A stretch of 35,989 bases of DNA, from contig NW_014040143.1 of assembly GCF_001186125.1 (NCBI RefSeq), positions 1-35,989 on the forward strand, given 5' to 3'. The stretch comes from Sphaeroforma arctica JP610. Its lineage: Eukaryota. A program made the translations under genes and the position numbers. Below the pieces are notes generated by a model. The model had not been told where the DNA came from. It searched no databases and saw only the letters and a program-made list of their open reading frames with translations. Position 1 is the first letter of the stretch; every line of letters starts with the position of its first letter. Of this stretch, positions 1 through 12,727 are shown piece after piece.

Positions 1-81
1 ATATACATATATATGAAAATTTATTTACATTGATTTATATACACAAATATATTAAGATGTTTATTTATAATATAAGCGGCA

Positions 82-972
82 ATGGCCCGGCGCCAATACT
101 ACTACGAGCTGGTTATGGGTAAACCGCCAACCTCAAACCGAGACACAGCCAGACACGACAGCTTCAATCGCTGCTTCGAGTCTGCACAAATCCAGCTCTG
201 TGCTATGATTGTAACGAATACGTACATGTTCACATTGCTCGACTACCGCACCGACGGCTGTCTCTGCCCTGTCTGCCCCGGTAGCCACAAGTTCACTACC
301 AGCCACTTTACCTGCATCCAACAAATGATTCGACGCATCCTGGTAGTCCCGAAACTGCCGCCCATTGGCCTTGACATCCTTCAGCAATTACAGGAGTGCC
401 ATGACTTCAACGGTATCTGGACCCTCCACGAACACCTTGGATCTTTTCTCCAGCATGTTGAAGAACCACCGTACCCTCACCCGTCCCTGACACGTCAACA
501 GATGTTCCCTATACCCCGGCTAATCACGCTGTTGAAGTACTACTTCCAAATATCGGTTCAAACCAAATCATCGCGCTTGTTGGTTCTGACTATGATACTT
601 CCGATCCAGGCCAGCCAACACATACCGAATTCATCCGTGGTCTGGTGCGGCATTGGCTTACCCCCATCCTCGCTTCTCGACCGGATTATGACGGATAACC
701 TGGTCCTTCTCGGTATTTCATACTCTGCACTACCCGATTCCGCAGCACTACTCGGCTCAGACCCGATCTGTACCACAGAGGTGGGTACTCTACTTAGTAG
801 GTCAGTAAGCGAATATATGGAACATTCGATAGTAACAGTGTTTGGTCAACACCGGCCCGAATTAACTCAGCACATACCTTCCATTGTCGACTCACTTGGC
901 CCAAGCTTCAAACGGGAATTTACTGACCACTTCTTCCCATCAATCTTTTCTGAACCACTACAGCGACTATGA
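82..972 (+). CDS. Unknown 296-aa ORF with a Cys/His knuckle-like motif; possibly the 3' part of a non-LTR retroelement ORF
   Basis: Uninterrupted ATG-TGA ORF; CPVCPGSHKFTTSHFTC resembles the CCHC motif of LINE ORF2 C-termini; no RT or endonuclease motifs seen. Confidence 0.35.
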   Translation: MARRQYYYELVMGKPPTSNRDTARHDSFNRCFESAQIQLCAMIVTNTYMFTLLDYRTDGCLCPVCPGSHKFTTSHFTCIQQMIRRILVVPKLPPIGLDILQQLQECHDFNGIWTLHEHLGSFLQHVEEPPYPHPSLTRQQMFPIPRLITLLKYYFQISVQTKSSRLLVLTMILPIQASQHIPNSSVVWCGIGLPPSSLLDRIMTDNLVLLGISYSALPDSAALLGSDPICTTEVGTLLSRSVSEYMEHSIVTVFGQHRPELTQHIPSIVDSLGPSFKREFTDHFFPSIFSEPLQRL

Positions 973-1071
973 GAGCTAAACCATATTTTCATACATTGTA
1001 TCATACATACTTGCCATTTTTGAAATAAATAATATTATCCCTACTGAGATGTCGCTCGGTATGAACGGTGC

Positions 1072-1575
1072 ATGCCATATATCCAAATTTTGTCGATAAT
1101 AAATTGTCAAATTATACCCCGGCTAATCACGCTGTTGAAGTACTACTTCGAAATATCGGCTCAACCCAAATCATCGCGCTTGTTGGTTCTGACTATGATA
1201 CTTCCGATCCAGGCCAGCCAACACATACTGAATTCATCCGTGGTCTGGTGCGGCATTAGCTTACCCTCATCCTCGCTTCTCGACCGGATTATGACGGATA
1301 ACCTGGTCCTTCTCGGTATTTCGTACTCTGCACTAACTCATTCCGCAGCAATACACGGCGCAGACCCGATCCGTACCACAGAGGTGGGTACTCTACTTAG
1401 TAGGTCAGTAAGCGAATATATGGAACATTCGATAGTAACAGTGTTTGGTCAACACCGGCCCGAATTAACTCAGCACATATCTTCCATTGTCGACTCACTT
1501 GGCCCAAGCTTCAAACGGGAATTTACTGACCACTTCTTCCCATCAATCTTTCCTGAACCACTACAGCGACTATGA
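1072..1575 (+). pseudogene. Partial second copy of the 82-972 ORF (C-terminal half)
   Basis: Sequence from 1113 is near-identical to sequence from 510; the listed start codon is GTG within the tail of copy 1. Confidence 0.7.
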
Positions 1576-1639
1576 GAGCTAAACCATATGTTCAGGTAGC
1601 CACAAGTTCACTACCAGCCACTTTACCTGCATCCAACAA

Positions 1640-2287
1640 ATGATTCGACGCATCCTGGTAGTCCCGAAACTGCCGCCCATTGGCCTTGACATCCTTCAGC
1701 AATTACATGAGTGCCATGACTTCAACGGTATCTGGACCCTCCACGAACACCTTGGATCTTTTCTCCAGCATGTTGAAGAACCACCGTACCCTCACCCGTC
1801 CCTGACACGTCAACAGATGTTCCCTATACCCCGGCTAATCACGCTGTTGAAGTACTACTTCGAAATATCGGTTCAAACCAAATCATCGCGCTTGTTGGTT
1901 CTGACTATGATACTTCCGATCCAGGCCAGCCAACACATACCGAATTCATCCGTGGTCTGGTGCGGCATTGGCTTACCCTCATCCTCGCTTCTCGACCGGA
2001 TTATGACGGATAACCTGGTCCTTCTCGGTATTTCGTACTCTGCACTAACTCATTCCGCAGCAATACACGGCGCAGACCCGATCCGTACCACAGAGGTGGG
2101 TACTCTACTTAGTAGGTCAGTAAGCGAATATATGGAACATTCGATAGTAACAGTGTTTGGTCAACACCGGCCCGAATTAACTCAGCACATATCTTCCATT
2201 GTCGACTCACTTGGCCCAAGCTTCAAACGGGAATTTACTGACCGCTTCTTCCCATCAATCTTTCCTGAACCACTACAGCGACTATGA
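1640..2287 (+). CDS. Third, N-terminally truncated copy of the 82-972 ORF
   Basis: 1595-2428 near-identical to 280-1112; frame intact. Confidence 0.5.
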   Translation: MIRRILVVPKLPPIGLDILQQLHECHDFNGIWTLHEHLGSFLQHVEEPPYPHPSLTRQQMFPIPRLITLLKYYFEISVQTKSSRLLVLTMILPIQASQHIPNSSVVWCGIGLPSSSLLDRIMTDNLVLLGISYSALTHSAAIHGADPIRTTEVGTLLSRSVSEYMEHSIVTVFGQHRPELTQHISSIVDSLGPSFKREFTDRFFPSIFPEPLQRL

Positions 2288-2914
2288 GAGCTAAACCATA
2301 TGTTCATACATTGTATCATACATACTTGCCATTTTTGAAATATATAATATTATCCCTACTGAGATGTCGCTCGGTATGAACGGTGCATGCCGTATATCCA
2401 AATTTTTGTCGATAATAAATTATCAAATATCTTCTGATAAACTTTATTTCAATGTTAATTTTATATGTTATGAAAAAAGCGCCATCCTTAGGACTCATCC
2501 CTAGGGCCTACCACACCAACCAGATGATCAAAGTCAAGTCGTCAGCCTTCTTTTTCGATTTTATTCTTTAGTGACTACTAAGTAGCGCTATGTGGGCATT
2601 GTTACCATAAATATAAACTAATAATAATTGGCAGATATTAGTATAGCGCTTAAGCGCTAGACCACATTTTCCACGGACAACTATCAGATGGGCTTAAAAA
2701 CTAAATTACCACCCGATTGTGGTTAAGAGGGACGCTGTATAACGGAATAATGTCAACCCTCCCAACAGGCACTTTTTTAAAATATGCTTTGGTTACGAAG
2801 TCATAGAAAGAAACCCAGAAATGCTAAGATATTCGATCACCATATTTATTTAAAATGATCTTTTTAATCTGGTTTGTAGAGTACTAGATACGACGTTATA
2901 GTTTGATTTCGTCC

Positions 2915-3471
2915 TGTACTAGAATCTAGCTTATATATAAACCAAAGCATATGGTACCGTCGCCTGTTTACAGTTGAAAACACTATGTAGTTCGGTGTAC
3001 CGAAATATTATATATTTTTGATATTCAGTATATATTGTTCTATTCAGCCCTACTATGCTAATTCTACCTTGAAATGAGCAAAGACCGTCACATGTGCAAG
3101 CACGAGCGATAGTCATCATGGGGGTGATTCTGACCGCCCTTTAAAGAGTCGTCTCTACTCTTCTCTTTTTACTGAATCGAAACCTGCTCAGTGTTGTACT
3201 AGAATCTAGCTTATATAGACCAAAGCATATAGTACCGTCGCCTGTTTGCAATTGAAAACACTATGTAGTTCGGTGTACCGAAATAATTTTATATTTTTGA
3301 TATTCAGTATATATTGTTCTATTCTGTCCTACTATGCTGATATTGCCTTGAAATGAGCAATGACCGTCACATGTGCAAGCACGAGTGACAGTCATCATGG
3401 GGTGATTCTGACCGCACTTTAAAGAGTCGTCTCTACTCTCCTCTTCTTACTGAATCGAAACCTGCTCAGTG
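2915..3471. repeat. Two-copy tandem repeat, ~280 bp period, non-coding
   Basis: tgtactagaatctagctt...gaatcgaaacctgctcagtg at 2915-3193 and 3195-3471 with scattered substitutions. Confidence 0.95.
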
Positions 3472-5022
3472 CTCTGGTTTCAACTCGATATCTAAAAAAA
3501 TTTACCAGAAAGTGACTAGTCTTAATACGATCTCCATATCTACATATCGTAAGTATTCTACCGGACCCTTGACTATCCTTGAACTATACGGGTACTCAGA
3601 GCTCAATACGAGGACATGGGCCTTACTTCTGTCCTCCGATTCTACCAAGTTCAGCCTGAACCCCCTGTCAATCTCGATGAAACAGTCGCTAACATCACGT
3701 AGACACCTAAAAAGATTGGACTACTGAACAAGAAAAAGTCATTCAAGCTCGGGACTTTATCAAAAATTCCCAAGCTAACTTCTCTAACCAACATACTAAA
3801 ACTCTACCCCTTGTTAACCTATCCAAGAAATTGCGCCTTAAATTGGTAACACCTTTCAATCGCTATCACCCTTGCGACTCTTTCTCAGACCCTCAGAACT
3901 CGTTATCACCATCAATTAAATATTTCTATGAGATCATTGATGCTAACTACATTCATGCTTTTACCAAAGGGCCCTTTTATATCCGTCCGTGATTGGTCCC
4001 AGCGCTATGAATGAGACTACAGGAGTAGACGTATTTATAAATACGTTAATAATGTTGTGCGCCGTCAGCCCGAGAGTAATTTGGGACTTGTTCTCAAATT
4101 AATATATGTATAGGTGGGCCAGCCCGAGAGAACGTAAGAGTAATTTGAGACTTCTTCTCAGATTATCCTATTTATAGGACATGGGCCACCGGCTAGCCGA
4201 GAGCCGAGGTCCGAGACTGAGAGTATGTGGCAGAGAAAGTGATATATTTATGTCTAAATATATCAGAGTACTAAAGTGTTCTGCATATGATTTTTCATAC
4301 TAATCATACGCATTTCTACCCTGGCCAACCCAAGTGGTTGAACACTAGTACAAACACCATCAGTATATATCTGAAGGTGAGATCATGAAAAAATTAAATT
4401 CGAACGCACCCATTCTTTAGATACATTTGTACGTTTTTTAAAGCCTACTACATTATACTTTAACAGCGAAGAACTTATTGCCACAGCCGCCTCCCAGGGT
4501 ACAACCTGTTGCCCTATTGTCACGCAAAATTCATCTATTGACGGACTTCCACCCTCTCAACAAGCACGAATACAGAATACGCAGGCGAAATCAGGTGAAT
4601 AAATTCACCATTGCACGCACCTGTGACCACATGGAAAAATGGACCAAGTCTTTGAGGCGCCTCCTCCCCCCAGCACAACATAGCTAACGTTGCCAATCTT
4701 GCCTCAGCATCAGAAATCTCCATAGATCAATTGGTTCGACTGTTTAATGGCAAATGCAGAAATTTACCTCGAACAGATGGCCACCAAATGAAATGCTATG
4801 TTTGCTGGAGTACATCTCATACTTCCTCACTTTGCCTCAAAGCCTGCGGAAAGTGTGCTATCACGTCCCATACCGGTCACGGCTGTGCTGTATATAGTCT
4901 ACACGAATAACACCTGCCAAAAGCGTGGCCATACGGATATTGTATATTCAAAACCCACGAATAAAAATATTTTCCTTAGTTCATGCCTTTCCTAGCCCGG
5001 GCTACGATACTATTTGCCAGCG

Positions 5023-5317
5023 CAACCTCTCACCATCCCGCTGATGGCTATCTTCTCATTTATATTGGCGCCACGGTCCAAAATTTGCCCTAGTCCGAAA
5101 TGTCCCTCCTTACTGAAATTGAATATCGCCAACAATTGCATCACCCGCATATCCTGTCGAGGGCACTTTCAACCTCTCACCATCCCGCTGATGGCTATCT
5201 TCTCATTTATATTGGCGCCACGGTCCAAAATTTGCCCTAGTCCGAAATGTCCCTCCTTACTGAAATTGAATATCGCCAACAATTGCATCACCCGCATATC
5301 CTGTCGAGGGCACTTTC
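5023..5317. repeat. Perfect 147-bp tandem duplication
   Basis: caacctctcaccatccc...gagggcactttc starts at 5023 and 5170; copies appear identical. Confidence 0.95.
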
Positions 5318-6670
5318 CACTATTAGGCCTCATGTACTTCGACACCACAATTACTCAAGACATCATAGCCCAGAACAATCTCCAATATGCCGAATGGTTC
5401 TTAACATTTCCAGCAGATAGCAATACCTGCCATTTTATCAAATCAATAGCCACGATCACGTTACATCGTGTCAACCTATGTTACTTTGTTCGCTATTCAA
5501 CTTCACAAGACCTCCGGGTAACCCCAAAGGTCCGCACCATTACCGAGACTCCGGAGACTCCCACATCGGCAACCCCTCCTATTGTAATAATCCCGCGACG
5601 AACAACCTGCTAACAATACTATGACCTATAATAAATTTCATTGGTCAACCGGACATTGCAGTAAACGCACCACTCTTCAGATGACTACGAAAGAAGATGC
5701 CACTCTTTCTCATCCACTACTGCCTCACGCCACAACTGAATTATGCTGCCTCTATGACGGTCCTTGACTACTTGCCTACAATCAATATTTGTGCATCGAA
5801 ACACTCCCACCAATTACTGAATTTGTTGCACTGGATGGATCCGGTATAGCCCTGGTTGGCGTCACAAAGATTTCATTAAAAAAGTATATATATGCCAACC
5901 CCAAGGGGTCTGACATATATAAGTTCTCTCCTTAGGCGCATGGCATGTTGAATAATCTTGTCCGTGTACTACTCATTGATGCCGGGATGCCTCTACTATG
6001 CCAAGTCATTTGCCGACTTTCTTCACAATACTACACTAGTCCGATATAAAAAAATCCGCACACAATGCTACACGTTGCTTCAAATAGACCTCAAACGCAA
6101 CCCCTTGCACACTTTGGCCGCATCATCGCATTTAAAATTTACGGCCCCGCAGCGAAAGGCCACCCAAAACATATTTTTCCAGTCGGTTGTGGGGTCCTTC
6201 TCGGCGGCAGCACGTACTCCAACCCCCACTGTTATAGTATCCGAAATCTGGCGACCCAATGAAGACCCAGTATACTCAATTATTTCTGGAAGAAAATTCT
6301 CAATGATCCACCGACGGGAAAGCTACCTTCCGATCGTCTACACCTATAAGCTATGCTATCCCGGAAAATTGACACCAACCAACTACCCTCGCTTATCACT
6401 GATCAGATACCGTTGTATGAATGGCCCTCCAACTATCCCCTCTGACACCCAACCCCACAAACCATCACCCAAGCAGACATCACACCTCGACACCCCTCCC
6501 CTCCTCTCATACGATATTACACCGACACCGGCCAACGCAACAAACGTTCCATACTCCCCTAACATATATTTCCCAGTTTACCCCTCCCGACCACCCTATC
6601 AAACAGGAAGCGATTTCTGCATAACCTCTTCCCGTCACTATCCTATTTTCAACCGGCCCCTCTGACCACA

Positions 6671-6853
6671 TAATAGTCCACAATGTTTATTGAACTAGAA
6701 GAATCAATCGTTAATATAAAATAAAGTTATAGTCGTAGAGAAGACAATACATGCGAGTTCGTATCCAAGATCTTTAGTTGTCAGGGAATTGTAAAACCTA
6801 GTTAAAAAAGTAAACTCAGTTTGTTATGCAAACCTGATGAGTGAAGCTCAATA
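6671..6853 (-). repeat. 3' LTR of inner copia element
   Basis: taatagtccacaat...gctcaata matches 12526-12727; purine-rich PPT-like GATGGGGTG (minus strand, 6854-6862) abuts it. Confidence 0.88.
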
Positions 6854-6860
6854 CACCCCA

Positions 6861-7292
6861 TCAAGGTAAGGTGTGGTTTATGTCGAATTCGAGATTCGAA
6901 TTTTGTGATGGCAGCTGATTATTGAAATATTCGTGCTTGGTGCGGCCCAAAGATTTTGTGAGTAAATCAGCTAGGTTCCCTTGTGTAGAGACATTAGATA
7001 TCGTAACTATACCACGACGAACGCAATCCCGAATATAGTGCGTTCGGATGGCGATGTGTCGTAGTCCTTTGGGTGTCCCAGTATCAAGAGCTATTCTGAT
7101 GGCAGACTGGTTGTCGCCGAAAAGCTGTGTGGGTTTGGTAATGGGTATCCTCATGGCCGGGGCGATATTACGTACCCACGCAATATTGCGTGTGGTTTCA
7201 GACATGGTCACGTATTCAGCCTCCGAACTGCTGAGTGCGATGATTTTCTGCTTGTGTGTCTCCTCCAGTAAATTGGGGAGCCATGGAAGCAA
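6861..7292 (-). pseudogene. Copia RNase H domain remnant
   Basis: KQKIIALSSSEAEY, LFGDNQSAIRIA, RHIAIRTHYIRD, NLADLLTKSL motifs. Confidence 0.92.
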
Positions 7293-7520
7293 ATAAGTGT
7301 GTTAGTCTGGGAACACTGGACATTTGGCACTCGCCTCAATCTGAGTCAATATACGCGATAAGGGCGGGATCAAAGGTCCGATTTGGTTGTTTACGCTTGT
7401 AGGTAATCGAATAGTCCAGGGTAGTACGAAGGCTATGTAGGATACGTTCGAGGGTTAGCACATGGGCCTAAGTGGGCGTCGTAGCGAAAGCCGCAAATTA
7501 GTTGAGTGTGGTAGATACTT

Positions 7521-8003
7521 TTATGCGGGTAAGGTTTGCGGCAAACCCAAGTGCGCCCAAAGTTGGCGGAAACATTCATTTTGGAGAGCGGGCGTGTCGA
7601 CCAGGTTGGCGGGGTGATCACCGGTATCCGGTGCGTACTTGGATAAAGTATTCGGTAGAGGGAAAGTGTCGAGTAGAGAGCGGATATATGCATGTTGATC
7701 GATAGTGATACCTTGAGCATGCTGCAGGATTCGAATACCAACAAGGTGAGAAGCGATGCCAAGGAATTTGATAGTGTACAATTTGCTCAAAGCTTTGAAG
7801 GGCCACTGCTCTTCATCGGAATCACGCGGAACGGCCGGTACAATTTCGTCGACGTAAATGACGAGGATAATTCGGCGAGTGCGATGGACCCATATAGTTT
7901 CATCGGCGTCGGATCGAATGAGATCAAGACTCTTGAGTTTTGCAGCTGTGTCGATGTTATACAGGCGACCAGCCTGCTTGAGCCCATATAGACCGCGTTT
8001 CAA
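7521..8003 (-). pseudogene. Copia reverse transcriptase (RVT_2-type) remnant
   Basis: KRGLYGLKQAGR and ILVIYVDE (canonical YVDD) motifs; frame not continuous with RNase H. Confidence 0.92.
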
Positions 8004-11000
8004 ACGAAGTACGTGAAATGGTTTATATTAGCTCAATTCGAGGCTGCCGACAAGGGGATATATATAGACCGGCGCGTCGAGCGATAAATATAAGTAGCCT
8101 GCATCCACATCTATGTGGAATACATCAATATCTTTAAAGGCGGCGTAGGATAGGAACAAATGGGGGGCACAGGAGGTTACGGCAGGGACATAAATGTCCC
8201 AAAATGAATCCCCCTGTTGCTGCTGGTCGCCACGAGCAACGTGCCGAGCCTTAAAAAGGGCAGGCGTGTTATTTTCATAATCCGGGTATCAGGTGGTACG
8301 TCGGTGGAAGGTATGAGGTCAGCGAGCTCAGTGCGAGCATGTGCGGCGTGTTCTTTTTGAATAGCTGCCTCCCAATTTGACCTTTTTGGGTGTGATCTGG
8401 CTTAACGAATACTCTTCGGGAGCTTAGGGTCGAATATAAGATTAACGGCATAAAGGAGTGACGGATTGAAACCAGTTGTCTGAAATAGAGAACGAACGGT
8501 TGGGTGGATATCGAAAGTGCCCGAGACATAAGAGAGATCATTTTCAAGGCTATGACATGAATATAGATGTATAGGGACGAGGGTGCGAATGTGAGGTTCG
8601 GATAAGTCAGCAGGTCCCGGGGAAAGAACCGGGATGCCTGGGGTTCACATCGTCGCCATCGAGGCGCGAGAATAGACTCATCAAGAGGAGTGAGAATCGA
8701 AGGGTATGAGATGTGGATAGGTGTGGAGGCCGAACGCATGGCACGTGGTGGGAGAAGACATTGACTACGTGCTGAAGTAGTAAGAGTGAGTGTTACACCG
8801 GGTTCATTGAGCATTGTCTCAAAAGAGCATGGATCAGAAAGCCTGGTGTTGCGGGGTTCAGCTTGAGTGGCGCGGCGAGTGTCAGAGATGAGAGGGTGAT
8901 TGCGAGGTTCCACGTATACGGCTGTGGTCGTGGAATTGGGACGGCATCAGACATGGGGGGTATGACACCTGCTGAGGGATCAGGTTAGTTGCCGTCGGGA
9001 TGATCATCAACGAGGGGATAATGGCGGGTGGTTGTGTATTTGAAAAGGATATAGATGCTGTCGGAAGGGATACAGGGTGTCGCGGTTCGTTGGAGGAATG
9101 GAAAGTGGTGGTCGTTGTGGTGAGGAGGTCAAATAAGGAAGAACATATTTAGGTAGCATTGTGTTGAAAGACGAATCTGTGCTGGGAGGAGAAGATACGA
9201 CAATAAATATGCCAGTGCTAGATTGCAGGGGATGATTAGAAACGGTAGGTGGGTGTGGCGGTACAAAGTTATAGACTTAATACACTTGCGTAGATTTTTA
9301 GCCCATTCAAGTGAAATGACGTACGAACAAGGTGTAGTACTAGGTAAACACCGTTGGTTGTCTGCAGACCATTCAGGAAACTATGTAAGAAATAATTTGA
9401 CGTTACGCGAATAGAGTCTGCGCTGAGTTTTAAAGCTTACCAAGTGTCCGGAGTTGGATTAAAACAACGTCCAAGAAAAATTCGTCGGCCGAAGTGGTCA
9501 CCATATTTGTATGCGTCAGTGTAGTTCTTGCCCTCAAGTTTCCAAAATACAATACACCCATATACAGTGAGCGTCAGGAAAATTGGGGACAGTGGTCTGG
9601 AACCATTTATCAGCGGGAGAGGATAAGAAATCACCAGATGAAAATTTTTCATTTCTGATTATGCCAGCATAAAGTTTTGAACATCCCCAGCAACCCTTAG
9701 GCTGGTTAGCATCTTGAGGAGTGTCCAAGTCATGTTCAAAGTATCGTGATGTCATTCAATCATATTATTGAACTCGGGAAAACGTGGTGGAGTGCGGCCA
9801 AGATATATACGCTTGGTACGTAGCATAGCTTTCGTTTCAGCGCTCTGAACGACGCTAATCAGCAATAACAGGGTGGGGTTTGTATTGCGCCGGAATCTCG
9901 AGAACCCGGTCTGGTGTGTTATTGAGGTCGTTCAAATTTGAGTGAAGGCAAAGTTTTGTACTATCACACCCCATATTAAGGGCGTATTTATGGCCGTGAC
10001 GAACAAGGGGCAAGAGTTTAAGGTAGTAATTCCATGTTGGCGAAAGTGGTAGACCTGTTATGAATTATATATGGTTGACTCTGGATGTGGAAGCGTTCCA
10101 CAGAGCCGGTGATGTTGTCAAATATCTGATTAATACTTTTCCGGCGAACCCTGGCCTCTAGATAGATGGTACAATGTTTGACGAATTCGGAATATGCCTT
10201 TATGAAAGTAATGGAAGTTTGGAGAGCTGGACCAGGAGAGACTCTAGTTCGAAGCGGACCAAGGAGAGCAACCACGGTATAAACCCAGGATGGCATGGTA
10301 GTAATTACATGTTGGCGAAAGTGGTAGACCTATTATGAAGTATATATAGTTGACTATGGATTTTGGAGATGAAGAGCGGCCACCACTTAGCGCATAGACG
10401 TAGCGGAACTACAATAACGATGATAGTACCGCATTGAATATTAATTTTGTTCTATTTGTGTGTAAAAGACCAGCCAGAGTTTCCATAGGCGCGTTCTTTG
10501 AGAATATTTACTTTTCGGAAACAGCGGACTTCTCCTCCCTTGGGGCCCGCAAAGCATGGAAGTTGCACACTCTTTGTAGAGGCGAAACAATCGATTGTAT
10601 GTTTGTAGTTAAAGTGATCCATGACTCTGGACCATAGAGGAGTGACTAATTGACAATCTTAAATAGTAACAGATAGTGGAGGTGGGACAGTCAAAGTGGT
10701 GCCCCCTTTTGCTGTCCTGCTTGCTGTGGTAGTTCGATTGAGGTGTCTGTTGCGACGATGACGTTCATCATACGTTTGAATTAGAGGTGCCGTTGTGGGA
10801 GGAGTAATTTGTTGGCCGATCGCTGTGCTGGAAGGATGATCCATGGTTTGTCGAGCGGTACAACGGAGGTGGATGGCGGAAGGGAGACGGGGTGGATTGA
10901 AGACGATGTATCAGTCGGATCGTATGGCGATATATGTAGCAGGGGATGGCGGCGACAGTGGATTAGCGGTAAGGTTCGAAGTTGGAGTACAACGATCTTT

Positions 11001-11169
11001 AGTAGTAGTGGTAGGCGATGAAGTAGTCTGTTCTGTAGTGTTGTGCTGTAAGAGTGGGGATCGGGGAGTGACTGTGGCGGATGTTAGAGGTGCCTTTGTG
11101 ATCCCACGTTTGATACAATTAGGAGGGAAGATCCGGTGCCCGTCGTAGCGACAGTAATTTTTGCAATAA

Positions 11170-11790
11170 AAGGAATATTTGAATAATTGGTATTATTATT
11201 TGTTTTACAGCTGCAACAGATGTCGTTGTGCCCATCCATATTACAAATTTTGCATTTAAGCTTAGTCTCGGGACATGTTGCGTTGTTGACATTTGTTCCG
11301 CATTTGCCACATGCGATCAGGCAAACAGAATCACGATGAGCGGTTTTCCAGCATACAAAAAAATGGCGCGACAGCGGATTAGCCATTTGTGTTACGTGGA
11401 CGTTGACGAGGCACTGGTGGTGCTGAAAAAAAAGAAGGAACATTTGAATAATTGATATTAATTTTATTTGTTTTACGGCTGCAACAGATGTCGTAATGCC
11501 CATCCATATTACAAANNNNNNNNNNNNNNNNNNNNAATAATTGATATTAATTTTATTTGTTTTACGGCTGCAACAGATGTCGTAATGCCCATCCATATTA
11601 CAAATGTTGCATCTAAACTTAGTCTCGGGACATGTTGCGTTGTTGGCCTTTGTTCCGTATTTGCCACAAGCGATCGGGCGCAAACAGAAACACGATGAGC
11701 GGTTTTCCAGCATACCAAAAAATGGTGCGACAGCGGATTAGCTATTTGTGTTACGTGGACGTTGACGAGGCACTGGTGGTGCTGAAATAG
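11170..11790 (-). pseudogene. Gag zinc-knuckle module, tandemly duplicated, spanning an assembly gap
   Basis: CNICNMDGHYDICC and CKICNMDGHNDICC (CX2CX4HX4C) in diverged tandem copies. Confidence 0.8.
11516..11535. other. 20-N assembly gap, probably an unmerged overlap
   Basis: 11447-11515 is identical to 11536-11604. Confidence 0.9.
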
Positions 11791-12525
11791 CCGAATATTT
11801 TGAGCAAACGTAGGCAACTGTGGGACTATCGCAACCTTACGGTCACGGTAAGATTGTCGCCATTGATACAAATGTTCGCATGGCGTCGAAGGAAATGTGG
11901 GTGATCAACTATTGATGTGCCTGGTCTTGGTAGGATGGAGAGAGGTCCAGTGTGATGAATTTAAATGTGAAGATGAGGCCTTGTTTTTTTGCGACTGTCT
12001 GTAGCTTACAGCAACGTTCGGCCCATACTGTGACAGATTCCTCCTCGGTACAAGTAAATGCTTCCAAGTAGGCGAACAGTAAGAATACTCGTTCATCAAG
12101 AATGTCATGAGGTCCCAAGGGTAGGCCGTAAAATTGATGATCGGCAACTTTTGGCGGAGTTTCTTAAAGAGGGACCGAATGGGGATGGCTCGGGCGCGAT
12201 GATAAGAGTCATCCTTCTAGGTTTCCTCACTGAAGGTACTGGTGGATACGTTGGCATGTTCGGATATCGGGGCCCGCGGAACAGTTCTTTTGACATACTC
12301 GGGTCGGTCGGATGGCTTGTATTCAAGAACTGCGGTAATGTTCAAGCGATGAATAACAGCGGTACCATACAATTTATTGTACCATGAATCATAGTTGGAT
12401 CCGCTGTAACGGAGTTGAGTCCAATCTAGAGTAAAATCTTCCTTTTACGAAGGAAGAATCTCACTGTCATTGGTATCCCAGGCTAACATAGTGTGATAAT
12501 AGTGTGGGATCACTGGCACATAATC

Positions 12526-12727
12526 TAATAGTACACAATACTTATTGAACTAGAAGAACCAATCGTTATTAAATATGTGTGTAGTAAATATATGATAAAT
12601 ATATGATCGTAGAGGAGAAAATAAATGCGAGTTCGTATCCAAGATGGTTAGTTGTCAGGGAATTGTAAAACCTAGCTAATAGAGTAATCCCAGTATGTCA
12701 TGCAAACCTGATGAGTAGAGCTCAATA
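12526..12727 (-). repeat. 5' LTR of inner copia element
   Basis: taatagtacacaat...gctcaata; followed on the minus strand by PBS-like GATTATGTGCCAG (12513-12525). Confidence 0.88.

Larger units (their letters stand above)
280..2428. repeat. Complex tandem segmental triplication (A-B-C / B / A-B-C)
   Basis: A=280-509, B=510-~986, C=~987-1112; B again at 1113-~1590; A-B-C again at 1595-2428. Confidence 0.95.
6671..12727 (-). mobile_element. Ty1/copia LTR retrotransposon, full-length but degenerate (inner element)
   Basis: Two similar LTRs, 5-bp TSD CCACA (6666-6670, 12728-12732), gag CCHC knuckle near the 5' LTR, RT then RNase H next to the 3' LTR; many stops and frameshifts. Confidence 0.93.

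Noticed and set aside
2644..2659. Perfect 16-bp palindrome tagcgcttaagcgcta as a Helitron 3' hairpin
   Set aside because: No correctly spaced CTRR|T end or matching 5' TC end identified
6671..12727. Canonical TG...CA LTR ends at 6855/12730
   Set aside because: They give no TSD and the other LTR end lacks the matching dinucleotide; TA...TA boundaries give a perfect TSD
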